64,000 nt of DNA, from positions 1-64,000 of the forward strand of contig JABWBP010000001.1 in assembly GCA_013360445.1 (NCBI GenBank), written 5' to 3'. Of this stretch, positions 16,901-25,365 are shown piece by piece. Each line of letters opens with the position of its first letter. Position 1 is the first letter of the stretch. The notes under the pieces were generated by a model that worked only from the letters and a program-made list of their open reading frames with translations, was not told where the DNA came from and did not search any database. The translations under genes were made by a program, and so were the position numbers. This DNA is from Calditrichaceae bacterium (GTDB lineage Bacteria > Calditrichota > Calditrichia > RBG-13-44-9 > J075).

Positions 16901-19089
16901 AGACGCAGGCGGACTTTTACCGCAGCCTGCGGGAAAACGCCCGGGGCGGCATCCAGGCGCTCAGCCAGGATTTGCAGGATTTAGAGATTCGCCGCAAGCT
17001 GAAAAAGGAGTACCGGGTTCCCAAATCTGCCGCAGCGTTGCGGCAGCAGATCGCTGAAGCGCCGGAAGCCTGGCTGCGCCACCGGGAGACGTACCTGAAT
17101 ATTGCCCTGTTAGACGTATGGTTGATGTCTTTGCAGAACCGGGTACGGGTGATTGTGCAGCGGATACGGCAGGATATCAATCTCAACCTCGAGGCCAACC
17201 TTCTGCATCCCCTGAAAGAGCTTTGCCGCGGCCTGGAAGCGGTTCGGGAAGAGGGAAAGGAGAGCGAAGATCGCCCCGCCGCCCTCGCCAGGCTGGCCCC
17301 CGGCGGCCAATTCAATTTTGATGAAGATGAGATCGCGCAAACCTTCCTGAAGGAAATCCGCGAAGCGACCGATGACCTCCCGGAAACCATCGAAACGTTC
17401 AACGAAGAAAGTTTTAATCAGAGCGCCGCACAGCCCTTCGAGGAAGCGGCCAGGTTTACGATCTCCCTGCGGCGGCTGGTGGAATATTTGATCGAAGAAG
17501 AATTCATCGATCCCTTGCGCGACTACCTGGAAAAGCTGCCCCGGCAATTCCGTCGCGCCGAAGAGGTTACCCGCGACGCGCTCCGCCTGGTTACCTTCCA
17601 GGCCGTGAGCCTGGAGGAGGCCGGCAACGCGGAGGAGAAAACCGCCGCCCGGGAGAATATCGACGCGATCCTGGAAAGCAGCCAAAAGCGGGTGGAGGAG
17701 GAGCGCCGGAACATCGATGCGCTGCAAGAGCAATTCAACCAGACCATCGAGCGGCTGCTCGATAAAACCTTCGAACAGATGAACACCTACACGGTGACCC
17801 GGCTGGCGGAGAATTTGAAACATTACATCCGCACCCATGAAGGCCAGAAAGTATTATCGAAATTCGAGGCGGCCCGGGAATCCGCCGCCGCTTTTCTAAA
17901 GGATAAGCTGGTGCGCCTGTGGTACCGGCGCAGCGAGAGCCTGTTAGCGGCGCGAAAGCTGCAAGTATCCGAGGAATACCAGAAAAATATTATTTATCAA
18001 CTGCTCAATTTGCGGGAAAGCGTTTCCCCCCGCCCGGAAGTGCTCAATGCCCTGCCCTTTTATTACCGGCAGGTTTTTTCCAGGGAACCGAACATTCATC
18101 CCAATTTCTGGGTGGCGCGGGAAAAAGAGCTGAAATTAGGGGAAACCGCGCTGGAACGCTTCCGCGCCGGGTTCCCGGGCGCGCTGCTGGTTACCGGGGA
18201 AGAAAATTCCGGGAAGACCTCTTTGTGCTATTCCCTGGCTCACAAGCAGTTTGCCCGGAACAACATTTTTTCGGTACATCCGCCGGCCGGCGGCACTATA
18301 GATCCGGAGGTATTCCGCGAGGCGGTAATGAGCGCGCTGCGCGCCAAAGACCTGTACCTGCGCGGCCAACTTCCCCAGGTATTCAATGCCCTGCCGCCGA
18401 ACAGCGTTTTGATTCTCGATGACCTGGAATTGTGGTGGGAACGCAGCGAAAAAGGCTTTGCCGTTATCGATCTTATCGTGGAATTGATCAACGATTTCGG
18501 GGGCAAATGCTTCTTTATAGCCAACGGTAATTTGCACAGTTTTCAATTGCTCAATCGCATCCGCAAGATCGAAAATCATTTTTTAGGCTTCATCGAATGC
18601 CAGCCCTTCGACGCCGAAGCGCTGAAGGACGCGGTCATGCTGCGCCACCGTTCTACCGGTTTAAAAATCGAGCTGAACGGGCAGGCGGAAGATGAGCTTT
18701 CCGAATTACGGCTGGCGCGGTTGTTCAACGCCTATTTCGATTACTCCGCGGGAAACGTGGGCGCGGCGCTGCAAGGCTGGATCAGCCATATCGAAAATTT
18801 CAACCAGGGCCGGCTCGCGCTTCGCCTGCCGGAACCGCCCGATACCGCTTCCCTGGAAAATTTGGAAAGCGCCTGGGTGGCGCTGCTGGCGCAGGTGCTG
18901 CTCCACAAGCGCTTAACTCCTGCCCGCCTGGAGCGAATCATGGATGATCCCGCGCAGGAGTGGCAGGCTCCCCTCGCCGCTCTCAAACGCGCCGGGCTGG
19001 TAATCGAAGGGACTAATGGGACGCTGGAAATCGATCCGTATCTCTATCCGCACCTCTACCGCAAATTTCGCCAGATGGAGATTCTATAA
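13906..19089 (+). CDS. Giant fusion protein: SLC12/cation-chloride-cotransporter-like (APC superfamily) permease + CCC C-terminal domain + ~900 aa coiled-coil + C-terminal P-loop NTPase with a possible winged helix
   Basis: The N-terminus (FGAFSGVFTPSILTILGVIMYLRLPWITGQAG, about 12 TM helices, then HPRNWRPNIILFSG) matches the CCC family. Residues 460-740 look like the CCC C-terminal domain. Residues 740-1440 are Glu/Arg/Leu/Gln-rich coiled-coil. Residues 1440-1720 carry Walker A GEENSGKTS, Walker B VLILDDLE and a sensor-like FFIANGN. It is a single uninterrupted 5.2-kb ORF. The GTG at 13885 is the track start, but ATG at 13906 has ggagg 7 nt upstream and is preferred. Confidence 0.78.
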   Translation: MAGAKKFGAFSGVFTPSILTILGVIMYLRLPWITGQAGLWSTIAIVLVAHLISVTTGLSVSSIATDKKVKAGGNYYIISRSLGLPIGGMLGLALFVGLSFSVSLYLIGFSESLLAALGMEITPNTIRISGTIALLALTTITFISTALALKTQFFVLAMIVLSLISVLLGSHDLVPAQPHFNSLPGAPSWMVLFGIFFPAVTGFEAGVSMSGDLKDPKRSIPAGTISAITVGLLVYLGLPFFFAYTVDANALANDTNVLLKIAYVPILVTIGILAATFSSAMGSILGAPRILQATSVDRITPKFFAKGHGRENEPRNALLLTFLIAEGGILLGELNLIARIVSMFFITTYGFLNMSCALESWASADFRPEFKIPRVVSVIGSLACFIVMIQLDFLAMIGATVVMGAIFVSLKRKELTLESGDTWEGVWSSVVRSGLYRLTHEIPHPRNWRPNIILFSGGVSARPYLVQLGKWLIYKRGVLSDFELLESPPKESSTARKGLPPKSHQVVVDKSHGPGIFTRRLAVEDIYQGMENVCQFYGFSGMEPNTVMMGWARNAQSPEKFSRLISHLHQLDYNVLLLDYDRERGYGDHKQVDIWWRGWGNNLSLALALVRFLLSTDEWEKTAVRILIVNNADALTGAIRKNMQRVLEEYRIEAEVKVIQNGIEQRPFEEIIKVESKEADLVILGLPEFTPDKALPFVQRIDAIVGELGSILLIWASSYFKEIYVGIESAAPAPARTPETAAGEFSLPELALPEDERIAPLLAELDSRMADILSRYRDEFLKRVEKSETGLIDDLGRLSEQIFGNLDKYFDEEDPQRSRKLINRSHSDFLFQSQQILTEFQQKRLSGQKEALEEGAAWLLQEIEALIAAGPEQLTVFYESARVQPDPQDRLSLKFLKFRKRMRARLTGKPVSRAVRLQSLLKYYLQFKLPQHWYAELEKAAVCDYQGIAEVQKLIHSLREGLLRIEYRQAPENLAGEDISAERQKAEKQLALLRNTVRETQADFYRSLRENARGGIQALSQDLQDLEIRRKLKKEYRVPKSAAALRQQIAEAPEAWLRHRETYLNIALLDVWLMSLQNRVRVIVQRIRQDINLNLEANLLHPLKELCRGLEAVREEGKESEDRPAALARLAPGGQFNFDEDEIAQTFLKEIREATDDLPETIETFNEESFNQSAAQPFEEAARFTISLRRLVEYLIEEEFIDPLRDYLEKLPRQFRRAEEVTRDALRLVTFQAVSLEEAGNAEEKTAARENIDAILESSQKRVEEERRNIDALQEQFNQTIERLLDKTFEQMNTYTVTRLAENLKHYIRTHEGQKVLSKFEAARESAAAFLKDKLVRLWYRRSESLLAARKLQVSEEYQKNIIYQLLNLRESVSPRPEVLNALPFYYRQVFSREPNIHPNFWVAREKELKLGETALERFRAGFPGALLVTGEENSGKTSLCYSLAHKQFARNNIFSVHPPAGGTIDPEVFREAVMSALRAKDLYLRGQLPQVFNALPPNSVLILDDLELWWERSEKGFAVIDLIVELINDFGGKCFFIANGNLHSFQLLNRIRKIENHFLGFIECQPFDAEALKDAVMLRHRSTGLKIELNGQAEDELSELRLARLFNAYFDYSAGNVGAALQGWISHIENFNQGRLALRLPEPPDTASLENLESAWVALLAQVLLHKRLTPARLERIMDDPAQEWQAPLAALKRAGLVIEGTNGTLEIDPYLYPHLYRKFRQMEIL

Positions 19090-19832
19090 TGAATGTGTTC
19101 GAGTTTCAAATATCCCAAACCGCGATTTTGAAGATTCTGCTCTTCGGAGCCGCTTTATACTTCGTGCTGCGAGTCGTGCAGAAAGCGATCCATCTTCCGC
19201 GGGTCAAAAAACTGCTGGGGTTTCCCCTGTACCGGGTTTTTCCATTCATCGAAATGGCGATCTGGGGATTTTTCCTGCTCTGGGCAGCGCAGCAGTTTTT
19301 CCAGCACCGCCCTTTCTATACCGCGGTGTGGATGGGGGCGCTGGCGTTGCTGCTCATCTGGGCCTCCTGGTTTGCCATTCGCGACGTGATTGCCGGAATC
19401 ATTCTCAAGGCGGAAGATGCTTATGAGATCAACCAGCGGATTAAATTGCCCTCCGTAGAAGGTAAAATCCGCCGCCTGGGCCACCGCTCCTTAGAGATCG
19501 AGACCGCCGAGGGGCAAATCGTCAAAATCCCTTATGGCCGGATTGCCGGAGAGGAGCGCATCCTTTCCGATCCCCGGGAAACCGGGCGCAGCTACGCTTT
19601 TCAGGTAAGCGCGCCCGCGTCTATGGCGCCGGAACAGGCCGCGGAACGGTTGCGCCGGGCGGCGCTCAATTCCCCCTGGTCTTCTGTGACCAAAGAGCCC
19701 CGGGTAAGATTCCTGGGGGAGCAGGAGGGGCGTTACCGCTTTGAAGTGGTCGCCTACCCCTTAGGGGAGGCCTATTCCCGGAAAGTGGAAGAGTACGTCA
19801 AGAAGCGAATGTTGAGCGGGAAGTCAGATTAG
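19089..19832 (+). CDS. Small MscS-family mechanosensitive channel-like protein (3 TM + beta domain)
   Basis: DVIAGIILKAEDAYEINQRIKLPSVEGKIRRLGHRSLEIETAEGQIVKIPYGRI matches the MscS pore-lining TM3 and beta-domain pattern. Its ATG overlaps the upstream stop (ATAATG), so translation is coupled. Confidence 0.7.
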   Translation: MNVFEFQISQTAILKILLFGAALYFVLRVVQKAIHLPRVKKLLGFPLYRVFPFIEMAIWGFFLLWAAQQFFQHRPFYTAVWMGALALLLIWASWFAIRDVIAGIILKAEDAYEINQRIKLPSVEGKIRRLGHRSLEIETAEGQIVKIPYGRIAGEERILSDPRETGRSYAFQVSAPASMAPEQAAERLRRAALNSPWSSVTKEPRVRFLGEQEGRYRFEVVAYPLGEAYSRKVEEYVKKRMLSGKSD

Positions 19833-20012
19833 CACGCTATTTGCAAAAAATTCCCCTGCCAGGGAAGGCTCACCCGGAAAGTTTTTTTCTAAGCGCTTTT
19901 TTATGTTGCGCTTATGGTTATTATTTCGTAACCCGGCGTAGGGGATAACCGCACCTTAGCGGGCAAAAAATTCTCACGTTCAACCATGATCTAACCCAAA
20001 AGCGAGAGGAAG

Positions 20013-21491
20013 TTGATGATGCCAAACGTAATTTTCAGGCGAGTATCGAACGGTTTGCGAATATCTACCCTGATGATGTTGCTGGCCGCCGCCGTATTTG
20101 CCCAGTCGGACATCAAGGCGAGCCTGTTCGAAGAGGCCGACGGCGCCCTGCAAACCGCGCTGAAAGCCCACGCGGACGTGTTAGCGCCGAAAAATTTTGC
20201 CGAGGGGCTGAAATTCTACCGGGAGGCCGAAGAGCAATTCGAGCGCGGCAAAAACCTGGAAGACATCCGCAAAAAGCTGAAAGCCTGCGAAGCCTATCTG
20301 CGCAAAGCCATGGAGGCCACCAAACTGGCGGAAGTAACCCTGGTCTCTTCTTTCAAGGCGCGATCCGACGCGCAAAACGCGGAATCCGCCAGCTATGCCG
20401 CGGAATTATGGAACAAAGCGGAAGCGAAATTCCGCGAAGCCGCCGGCAACCTGGAGGACGGCGACGTGAACGGCGCCCGCAAAAAAGGCGGGGAAGCGGA
20501 AGGGCTTTACCGGCAAGCGGAGCTGGCGGCCATCAAAAGCAACTATTTGCAGGAAACCTGGAGCCTCCTGGAACAAGCTGAAAAGTTGAAGGTGAAAGAC
20601 AGCGCCCCAAAAACCCTGCAGCGCGCCCGGGAGCTGGTTCAACAGGCTGAAAAAGAGTTGAACGAAAATCGCTACGATACCGACGTGGCCCGCAACTTAG
20701 CGCAGCAAGCCCGCTACGAAGCCAGCCACGCGATCTATCTGCACAACCTGTTCCTGCGCATGAAGGAGCAGAAGCTCACCAACGAGGACCTGGTGTTAGG
20801 CTCGGAAGCGCCCTTGCAGAAAATCGCCGCCGCCATCGACGTGGTCGCGGAGTTCGATAATGGATTCGGGGACGTTACCGGGCAGATCATCCGCTACATC
20901 CAGACCTACCAGGACAGCGTGGCGCGCCTGAGCCAGACGGTGCAGGATCAAAATCAGCAAATTGCCCAGTACCAGGAGCAGGTGGGCGGGCTGGCCGAGG
21001 AGCAAACCCTGCTGAAGCAGCAAATGGAAGCGGTGGCGAAGGTGCGGGAACAGTTCCAGACCGTGGAACGGATGTTCAATCGCGAGGAAGCCCGGGTATT
21101 CCGGGAGGGCAGCGACGTGATCATGCGCTTAGTAGGATTGAACTTTGCCAGCGGCAAAGCGGTGATCGAACCGCAGTACTTCAGCCTGCTGAGCAAAGTG
21201 CAGACCGCTGTGAAAACCTTTCCGGAGTGCAGCGTGACCATCGAGGGGCATACCGATTCCCACGGCGGCGACGCCGCCAACCTGCGCCTCTCCGAGGAGC
21301 GCGCCGAGGCGGTTCGCCAGTACCTCCTGGCCAATATGCCGGAGTTGCTGCCGGCCCAGGTCGCTTCCGTGGGCTACGGGGAGAGCAAACCGATTGCCAA
21401 TAACGAGACTGCGGAAGGGCGCGCCAAAAACCGCCGCATCGACCTGGTGATCCATCCCCGCCTGCCGGAGATAGTGTCGGAAACGCCGTAA
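20013..21491 (+). CDS. OmpA-family protein: signal peptide, DUF4398-like helical N-domain, C-terminal OmpA/MotB peptidoglycan-binding domain
   Basis: C-terminal FASGKAVIEPQYFSLLSKVQTAVKTFPECSVTIEGHTDSHGGDAANLRLSEERAEAVRQYL...GYGESKP is the OmpA_C signature. Confidence 0.82.
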   Translation: MMMPNVIFRRVSNGLRISTLMMLLAAAVFAQSDIKASLFEEADGALQTALKAHADVLAPKNFAEGLKFYREAEEQFERGKNLEDIRKKLKACEAYLRKAMEATKLAEVTLVSSFKARSDAQNAESASYAAELWNKAEAKFREAAGNLEDGDVNGARKKGGEAEGLYRQAELAAIKSNYLQETWSLLEQAEKLKVKDSAPKTLQRARELVQQAEKELNENRYDTDVARNLAQQARYEASHAIYLHNLFLRMKEQKLTNEDLVLGSEAPLQKIAAAIDVVAEFDNGFGDVTGQIIRYIQTYQDSVARLSQTVQDQNQQIAQYQEQVGGLAEEQTLLKQQMEAVAKVREQFQTVERMFNREEARVFREGSDVIMRLVGLNFASGKAVIEPQYFSLLSKVQTAVKTFPECSVTIEGHTDSHGGDAANLRLSEERAEAVRQYLLANMPELLPAQVASVGYGESKPIANNETAEGRAKNRRIDLVIHPRLPEIVSETP

Positions 21492-21494
21492 CGC

Positions 21495-21700
21495 TGAACC
21501 ATCCGGGTATTCCGCCTCGTTCCGCCGCCATTGCGCTTCGCTGTTACTTGCCTTCGGCGTCATTGGGGCTTCGCAGGTCATTCGTTGTCATTTGCTCACT
21601 CCTGTCGGAGCTTTGCGTCATTAATTGTCTCTCAAGGCAATAAATGACCATTAATGGCGCCGAAGGCAAATGACGGCGCAGCCCCAATGACGCGCAAAGC
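21495..21700. repeat. GTCATT/AATGAC-type foldback repeat
   Basis: Left arm is cggcgtcattggggcttcgcaggtcattcgttgtcatttgctcactcc. Complement is aaatgaccattaatggcgccgaaggcaaatgacggcgcagccccaatgacgcgcaaagcgc. Confidence 0.85.
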
Positions 21701-21785
21701 GCATTTGCGGTAATTTTTTTCTTGCTTCATCTTTTTCTTTTGGATAGGTTGCCTCGCACGTCGGTTACTTCTTTGAGGTAAAAGT

Positions 21786-22016
21786 ATGGGTTCATTCATT
21801 ACCAAAGAAAAAATGCAAGTCTATCTAACCCGCTGGCAAATAGTAAACGCTGCCGAACGGGAGGAGCTTCTGAATACTTCCATGGCGCAAAAACTGCGTC
21901 AATTGAATTCCCTCCTTGCCTCGGTCAAACAAATGGGTTGGGAAGAGGCGCTTAAAGAGGGAGAAGCCGAGGTTCGCGAACGTTGGAATCGGTTGAGAAA
22001 GGCCTGTAATGCCTGA
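21786..22016 (+). CDS. Small hypothetical protein translationally coupled (ATGCCTGA overlap) to the downstream nucleotidyltransferase; possible toxin-antitoxin partner
   Basis: No recognisable motif. The call rests on the 8-bp overlap with the next ORF and on position. Confidence 0.35.
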   Translation: MGSFITKEKMQVYLTRWQIVNAAEREELLNTSMAQKLRQLNSLLASVKQMGWEEALKEGEAEVRERWNRLRKACNA

Positions 22017-22706
22017 GACGGAACCCCTTGCGCCCTTGTTGGACGCTTTAAATGATCTTACGAATTGGCTTGAAGAGCAGAATATTCCGGGAGTTGTAAT
22101 CGGAGGCGTGGCGGCTTCCTTACTGGGACGCCCCAGGGTAACCCGGGATGTTGATGCGCTTGTGATACTCGATGAAAAGCAGTGGGAGGATTTTCTCAAA
22201 TCGGCCGGCCAATTTAATTTTAGGGAGCCAGAAAAAAATAATGTACCCAACTGAGCGCACAGAGTGATTGAAACACATTAGCGTTCAGTGGTACAATAAA
22301 AAGGGCGAAAGCCCTTATTCCTCGCATATCCGACCCCATTGAATTTGCCAGACAAGCCCGGGTATTTCTTTTAAAACACAAACCCAGCGAAATAGACGTT
22401 GACATTTCCCTCGGTTCTCTGTCTTTTGAAAAAAATTGTATTAACCGGGCAACCCGGGTTACTGCAGGCAGCATCATTGTCTCAATTCCATCGCCGGAAG
22501 ATTTGATCATTATGAAAGGGGTTGCCCACCGCAACCGGGATTTGATTGATATTGAATCCGTTATGGAAACCCACTCCCAGTTAAATATTGAATACATCCG
22601 ACAACAACTCAGCGAATTTTCCGCGGTGCTCGAAATGCCGGAAATTTTAGAAGATTTTGAAACTATCCATAAGCGACTTAAAATCTCCGGCGCCGAAGGC
22701 AAATGA
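22009..22706 (+). pseudogene. Nucleotidyltransferase-fold protein (AbiEii/MNT-like NTase) split across two frames near 22255-22299; frameshift or decay
   Basis: The N-part (22009-22254) has VVIGGVAASLLGRPRVTRDVDALV, a GS/GG..DxD NTase motif. The C-part continues in another frame from 22299 (ARVFLLKHKPSEIDVDISLGS...IIMKGVAHRNRDLIDIESV...) to 22706. The frame switch could be a sequencing or assembly error. Confidence 0.45.
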
Positions 22707-22751
22707 CTATAAATGACAGCACAGCGCAATGACGCGAAGCACAACGGCAGT

Positions 22752-25154
22752 TTATTCCTTCCGCAAAGCGTCCACCGGGTTGGCCCGCGCGGCTTTCAAG
22801 GTTTGCGAGCCGACCGTTATGGCCCCCAACAAGAACAGCAGCGCCACCCCGGGCAGAAACGCCCAGACATCCAGCGCGATATGGTAGGCGAAGGTTTGCA
22901 ATAGCTGGCTTCCGGCCAGGTAGCTGACCGGAAGGGCAATCACCACGGCGATGAGCAGCAGCAGAAAATACCCTTTGGAGAGCAGCGCCGCCAGGTTCCC
23001 GGGGCCGGCCCCCACCACTTTGCGGATGCTGATCTCTTTGCTGCGCGTTTCCGCCGTGAATATCGCCATGCCCAGCAACCCCAGGCAGGCAATCAGGATG
23101 CCGATGGCTCCAAAATAACCGACGATCCAGAGGATGTCGCGCAGGTTGGAAAAGGTCTCCCGCACGGTATCGTCGTAGAAACGGTATTCCGGCGGCGCGG
23201 GGCTGCCCAGGGTTTTCCAGATGTTTTCCAGCGCCGCAACGGCGGCCTGCGGATCGCCGCTGATTTTCAGGTTTAGCACCCGCAATTGCGCGGGATCGTA
23301 ACGCAGCAGCAGCGGTTCTAAGCTGTAGCTGAGCGGTTTGAAGAGGAAATCCTTTACCACCCCGCGAATGGCCACTTCGCTGCTGTCATCTAAGATAAGA
23401 ACCCGGTTGAGCGCCTCGGCCGGCGCGCCGAGCCGGAAACGCTCCAGGAATTTCTCATTCACAATAGCGAACAATTCCCGGCGTTGGGCAGGGTTTTCGG
23501 GAAAATTCTCCCCGGCGATCAATTCCAGCCCGAAATTGGGGATGAAGCGGTGGTCGATGAAGTAATCGCGCACCGGAACCGGCTCATCGGCGCGGGAGGC
23601 GCGAACGTCCGCGTTGCTGTCGCGCCAGGTTCCCATCAGGTGGGAGGCCGCGCTGATCTCCTGCACCTGGGAAACCCGGGAAATTTCCGCGGCCAGTTTG
23701 TCGTAGGGAATTCCCCCCATTTCCAGGTTGAGAATGTCGCTGCGGCCGGCGCCGAAATTTTCCCGGGTGGCAAAACTCATCTGCCGCCAGGCAATGGTCA
23801 GCAGGACGATAAACACCAGGGAGACGGCAAGCTGCGTTACCAACAAGGTTTTGCGCAATCCCACCCGGCGAAACAGCGGAAGGTTCTGAAGTTTTTGCAA
23901 CATTGACGCAGCCTGGAATTTCGAAAGAACCGCCGCCGGCAGCAGCCCTGCAACCACTCCTGTCGCGATCGCAAACAACAAAAACCACCCCGCAACCACC
24001 CAATCCATCTTTAGCGTCACATCCATGAAGGCGAGGAACTGCAAGCGCTTAAAAAACGGGATGGTCAATTCTAAGATTCCGTACGCCAGAACCAGCGCCA
24101 GCCCCGCGGTAAGCACCGCCTCGCCCATGAACTGCCCGAAGACCTGCCCCCGGGTAGCGCCCATCACCTTGCGAACCCCGACTTCCTTGGTGCGGGTAAA
24201 CGCGCGGGCAATGGTCAGGTTGGTATAGTTGAAACAGGCCGAGGCCATCACAATGGCGCAGAGAACCGTGAGAAACCACAGCAGCATGGCCGGCGCGCCC
24301 CTGCCGACGCTGTTGGAGAGCAGGGGACCGGGGGTAATTTCTTTCAACGCCTGCAAGCGGAACCGGTAACCGGCGTCGCGGGCCTCCAACTCCCGCCCCT
24401 GGTAAGCGGTTTTGGCAATGTTTGCCAGCGCCGCCTCCGCGGCTTCTTTGCCCGTCCCCGGGCGCAGGCGCACAAAATTATAGGTCATATAGTAGTTGTT
24501 CCAGTTTTCCGTCACGTTCCAATCCGGTTCCATCCTCTCCAAAGCGGGCAGGGTGGATATGGAACACAAGGCATCGAACTCCAGGTGGGTTTTCCCCGGG
24601 AACGGCTCTAACACCCCGGTGACTTTCAGGCTCCCGGTCCAGTTGTTTTCTAAAACCTGGCCGACGGGATTTTCATTTTTGAAAAAGCGTTGCGCGGTCT
24701 CCTGCGTGAGCACCACGCTCTGCGGCTCGGCCAGTGCGGTGGCGGGATCGCCCTGCGCCAGGCGGAAGCCGAACAGTTTGAAAAATTCGCTCCCGGCAAA
24801 AAAGCCTTCCATATTCAGCTCCTTGCGGGAGGTTCTGAATGCGCCGTTGAAAGAGCGCACCAGGGGCGACCAGGCTTCTATACCGGAGAAATCCTGCGAC
24901 AGCGCCATTCCCACGGGATAGGGCGAGGAAGCGTAACTCTCCTGCCCCCCGGCTTTTCGTTGGGCGTCGGTGAGGATGCGGTACACCCGCTCGCCCTGGG
25001 GGTGGAAAAGATCGAAATTATAGGCGTCGCGGATCAGCATGATCACCAATAGACACACCGACATGCTGATCGCCAGCCCGGAGGCGTTAATGAAAGAAAA
25101 CGCTTTGTATTTGAATAAACTTCGCAGGGCGATTTTCAGGTAATTTTTGACCAT
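22752..25154 (-). CDS. FtsX/MacB-type ABC transporter permease, 800 aa, two FtsX (DUF214) modules and an N-terminal MacB periplasmic domain (paralog 1 of 3)
   Basis: Starts MVKNYLKIALRSL and ends NPVDALRKE, the canonical FtsX-like termini. There are 4+4 TM segments. aggaga RBS. Confidence 0.88.
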   Translation of the reverse strand: MVKNYLKIALRSLFKYKAFSFINASGLAISMSVCLLVIMLIRDAYNFDLFHPQGERVYRILTDAQRKAGGQESYASSPYPVGMALSQDFSGIEAWSPLVRSFNGAFRTSRKELNMEGFFAGSEFFKLFGFRLAQGDPATALAEPQSVVLTQETAQRFFKNENPVGQVLENNWTGSLKVTGVLEPFPGKTHLEFDALCSISTLPALERMEPDWNVTENWNNYYMTYNFVRLRPGTGKEAAEAALANIAKTAYQGRELEARDAGYRFRLQALKEITPGPLLSNSVGRGAPAMLLWFLTVLCAIVMASACFNYTNLTIARAFTRTKEVGVRKVMGATRGQVFGQFMGEAVLTAGLALVLAYGILELTIPFFKRLQFLAFMDVTLKMDWVVAGWFLLFAIATGVVAGLLPAAVLSKFQAASMLQKLQNLPLFRRVGLRKTLLVTQLAVSLVFIVLLTIAWRQMSFATRENFGAGRSDILNLEMGGIPYDKLAAEISRVSQVQEISAASHLMGTWRDSNADVRASRADEPVPVRDYFIDHRFIPNFGLELIAGENFPENPAQRRELFAIVNEKFLERFRLGAPAEALNRVLILDDSSEVAIRGVVKDFLFKPLSYSLEPLLLRYDPAQLRVLNLKISGDPQAAVAALENIWKTLGSPAPPEYRFYDDTVRETFSNLRDILWIVGYFGAIGILIACLGLLGMAIFTAETRSKEISIRKVVGAGPGNLAALLSKGYFLLLLIAVVIALPVSYLAGSQLLQTFAYHIALDVWAFLPGVALLFLLGAITVGSQTLKAARANPVDALRKE

Positions 25155-25159
25155 TAGGC

Positions 25160-25365
25160 TTCTCCTGAGTTTTTGTCATTGGCTGCGCGGTCATTTGCCT
25201 GCGGCGTCATTGGCGCTTCGCGCGTCATTGCGCTTCGCGGTCATTGGCTGCACCCGTCATTTAGGTTGCGATCAATGACAACGAATGACAGCGAAGCAAA
25301 TGACAACCAGTGACAGCGCAGCGAATTGAGCGCAGCAAATGACGCCGTAGGCAAATGACACTATT
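25160..25365. repeat. GTCATT/AATGAC-type foldback repeat between permease paralogs 1 and 2
   Basis: Left arm is ggtcatttgcctgcggcgtcattggcgcttcgcgcgtcattgcgcttcgcggtcattggctgcacccgtcattt. Complement is aatgacaacgaatgacagcgaagcaaatgacaaccagtgacagcgcagcg...aaatgacgccgtaggcaaatgac. Confidence 0.85.
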
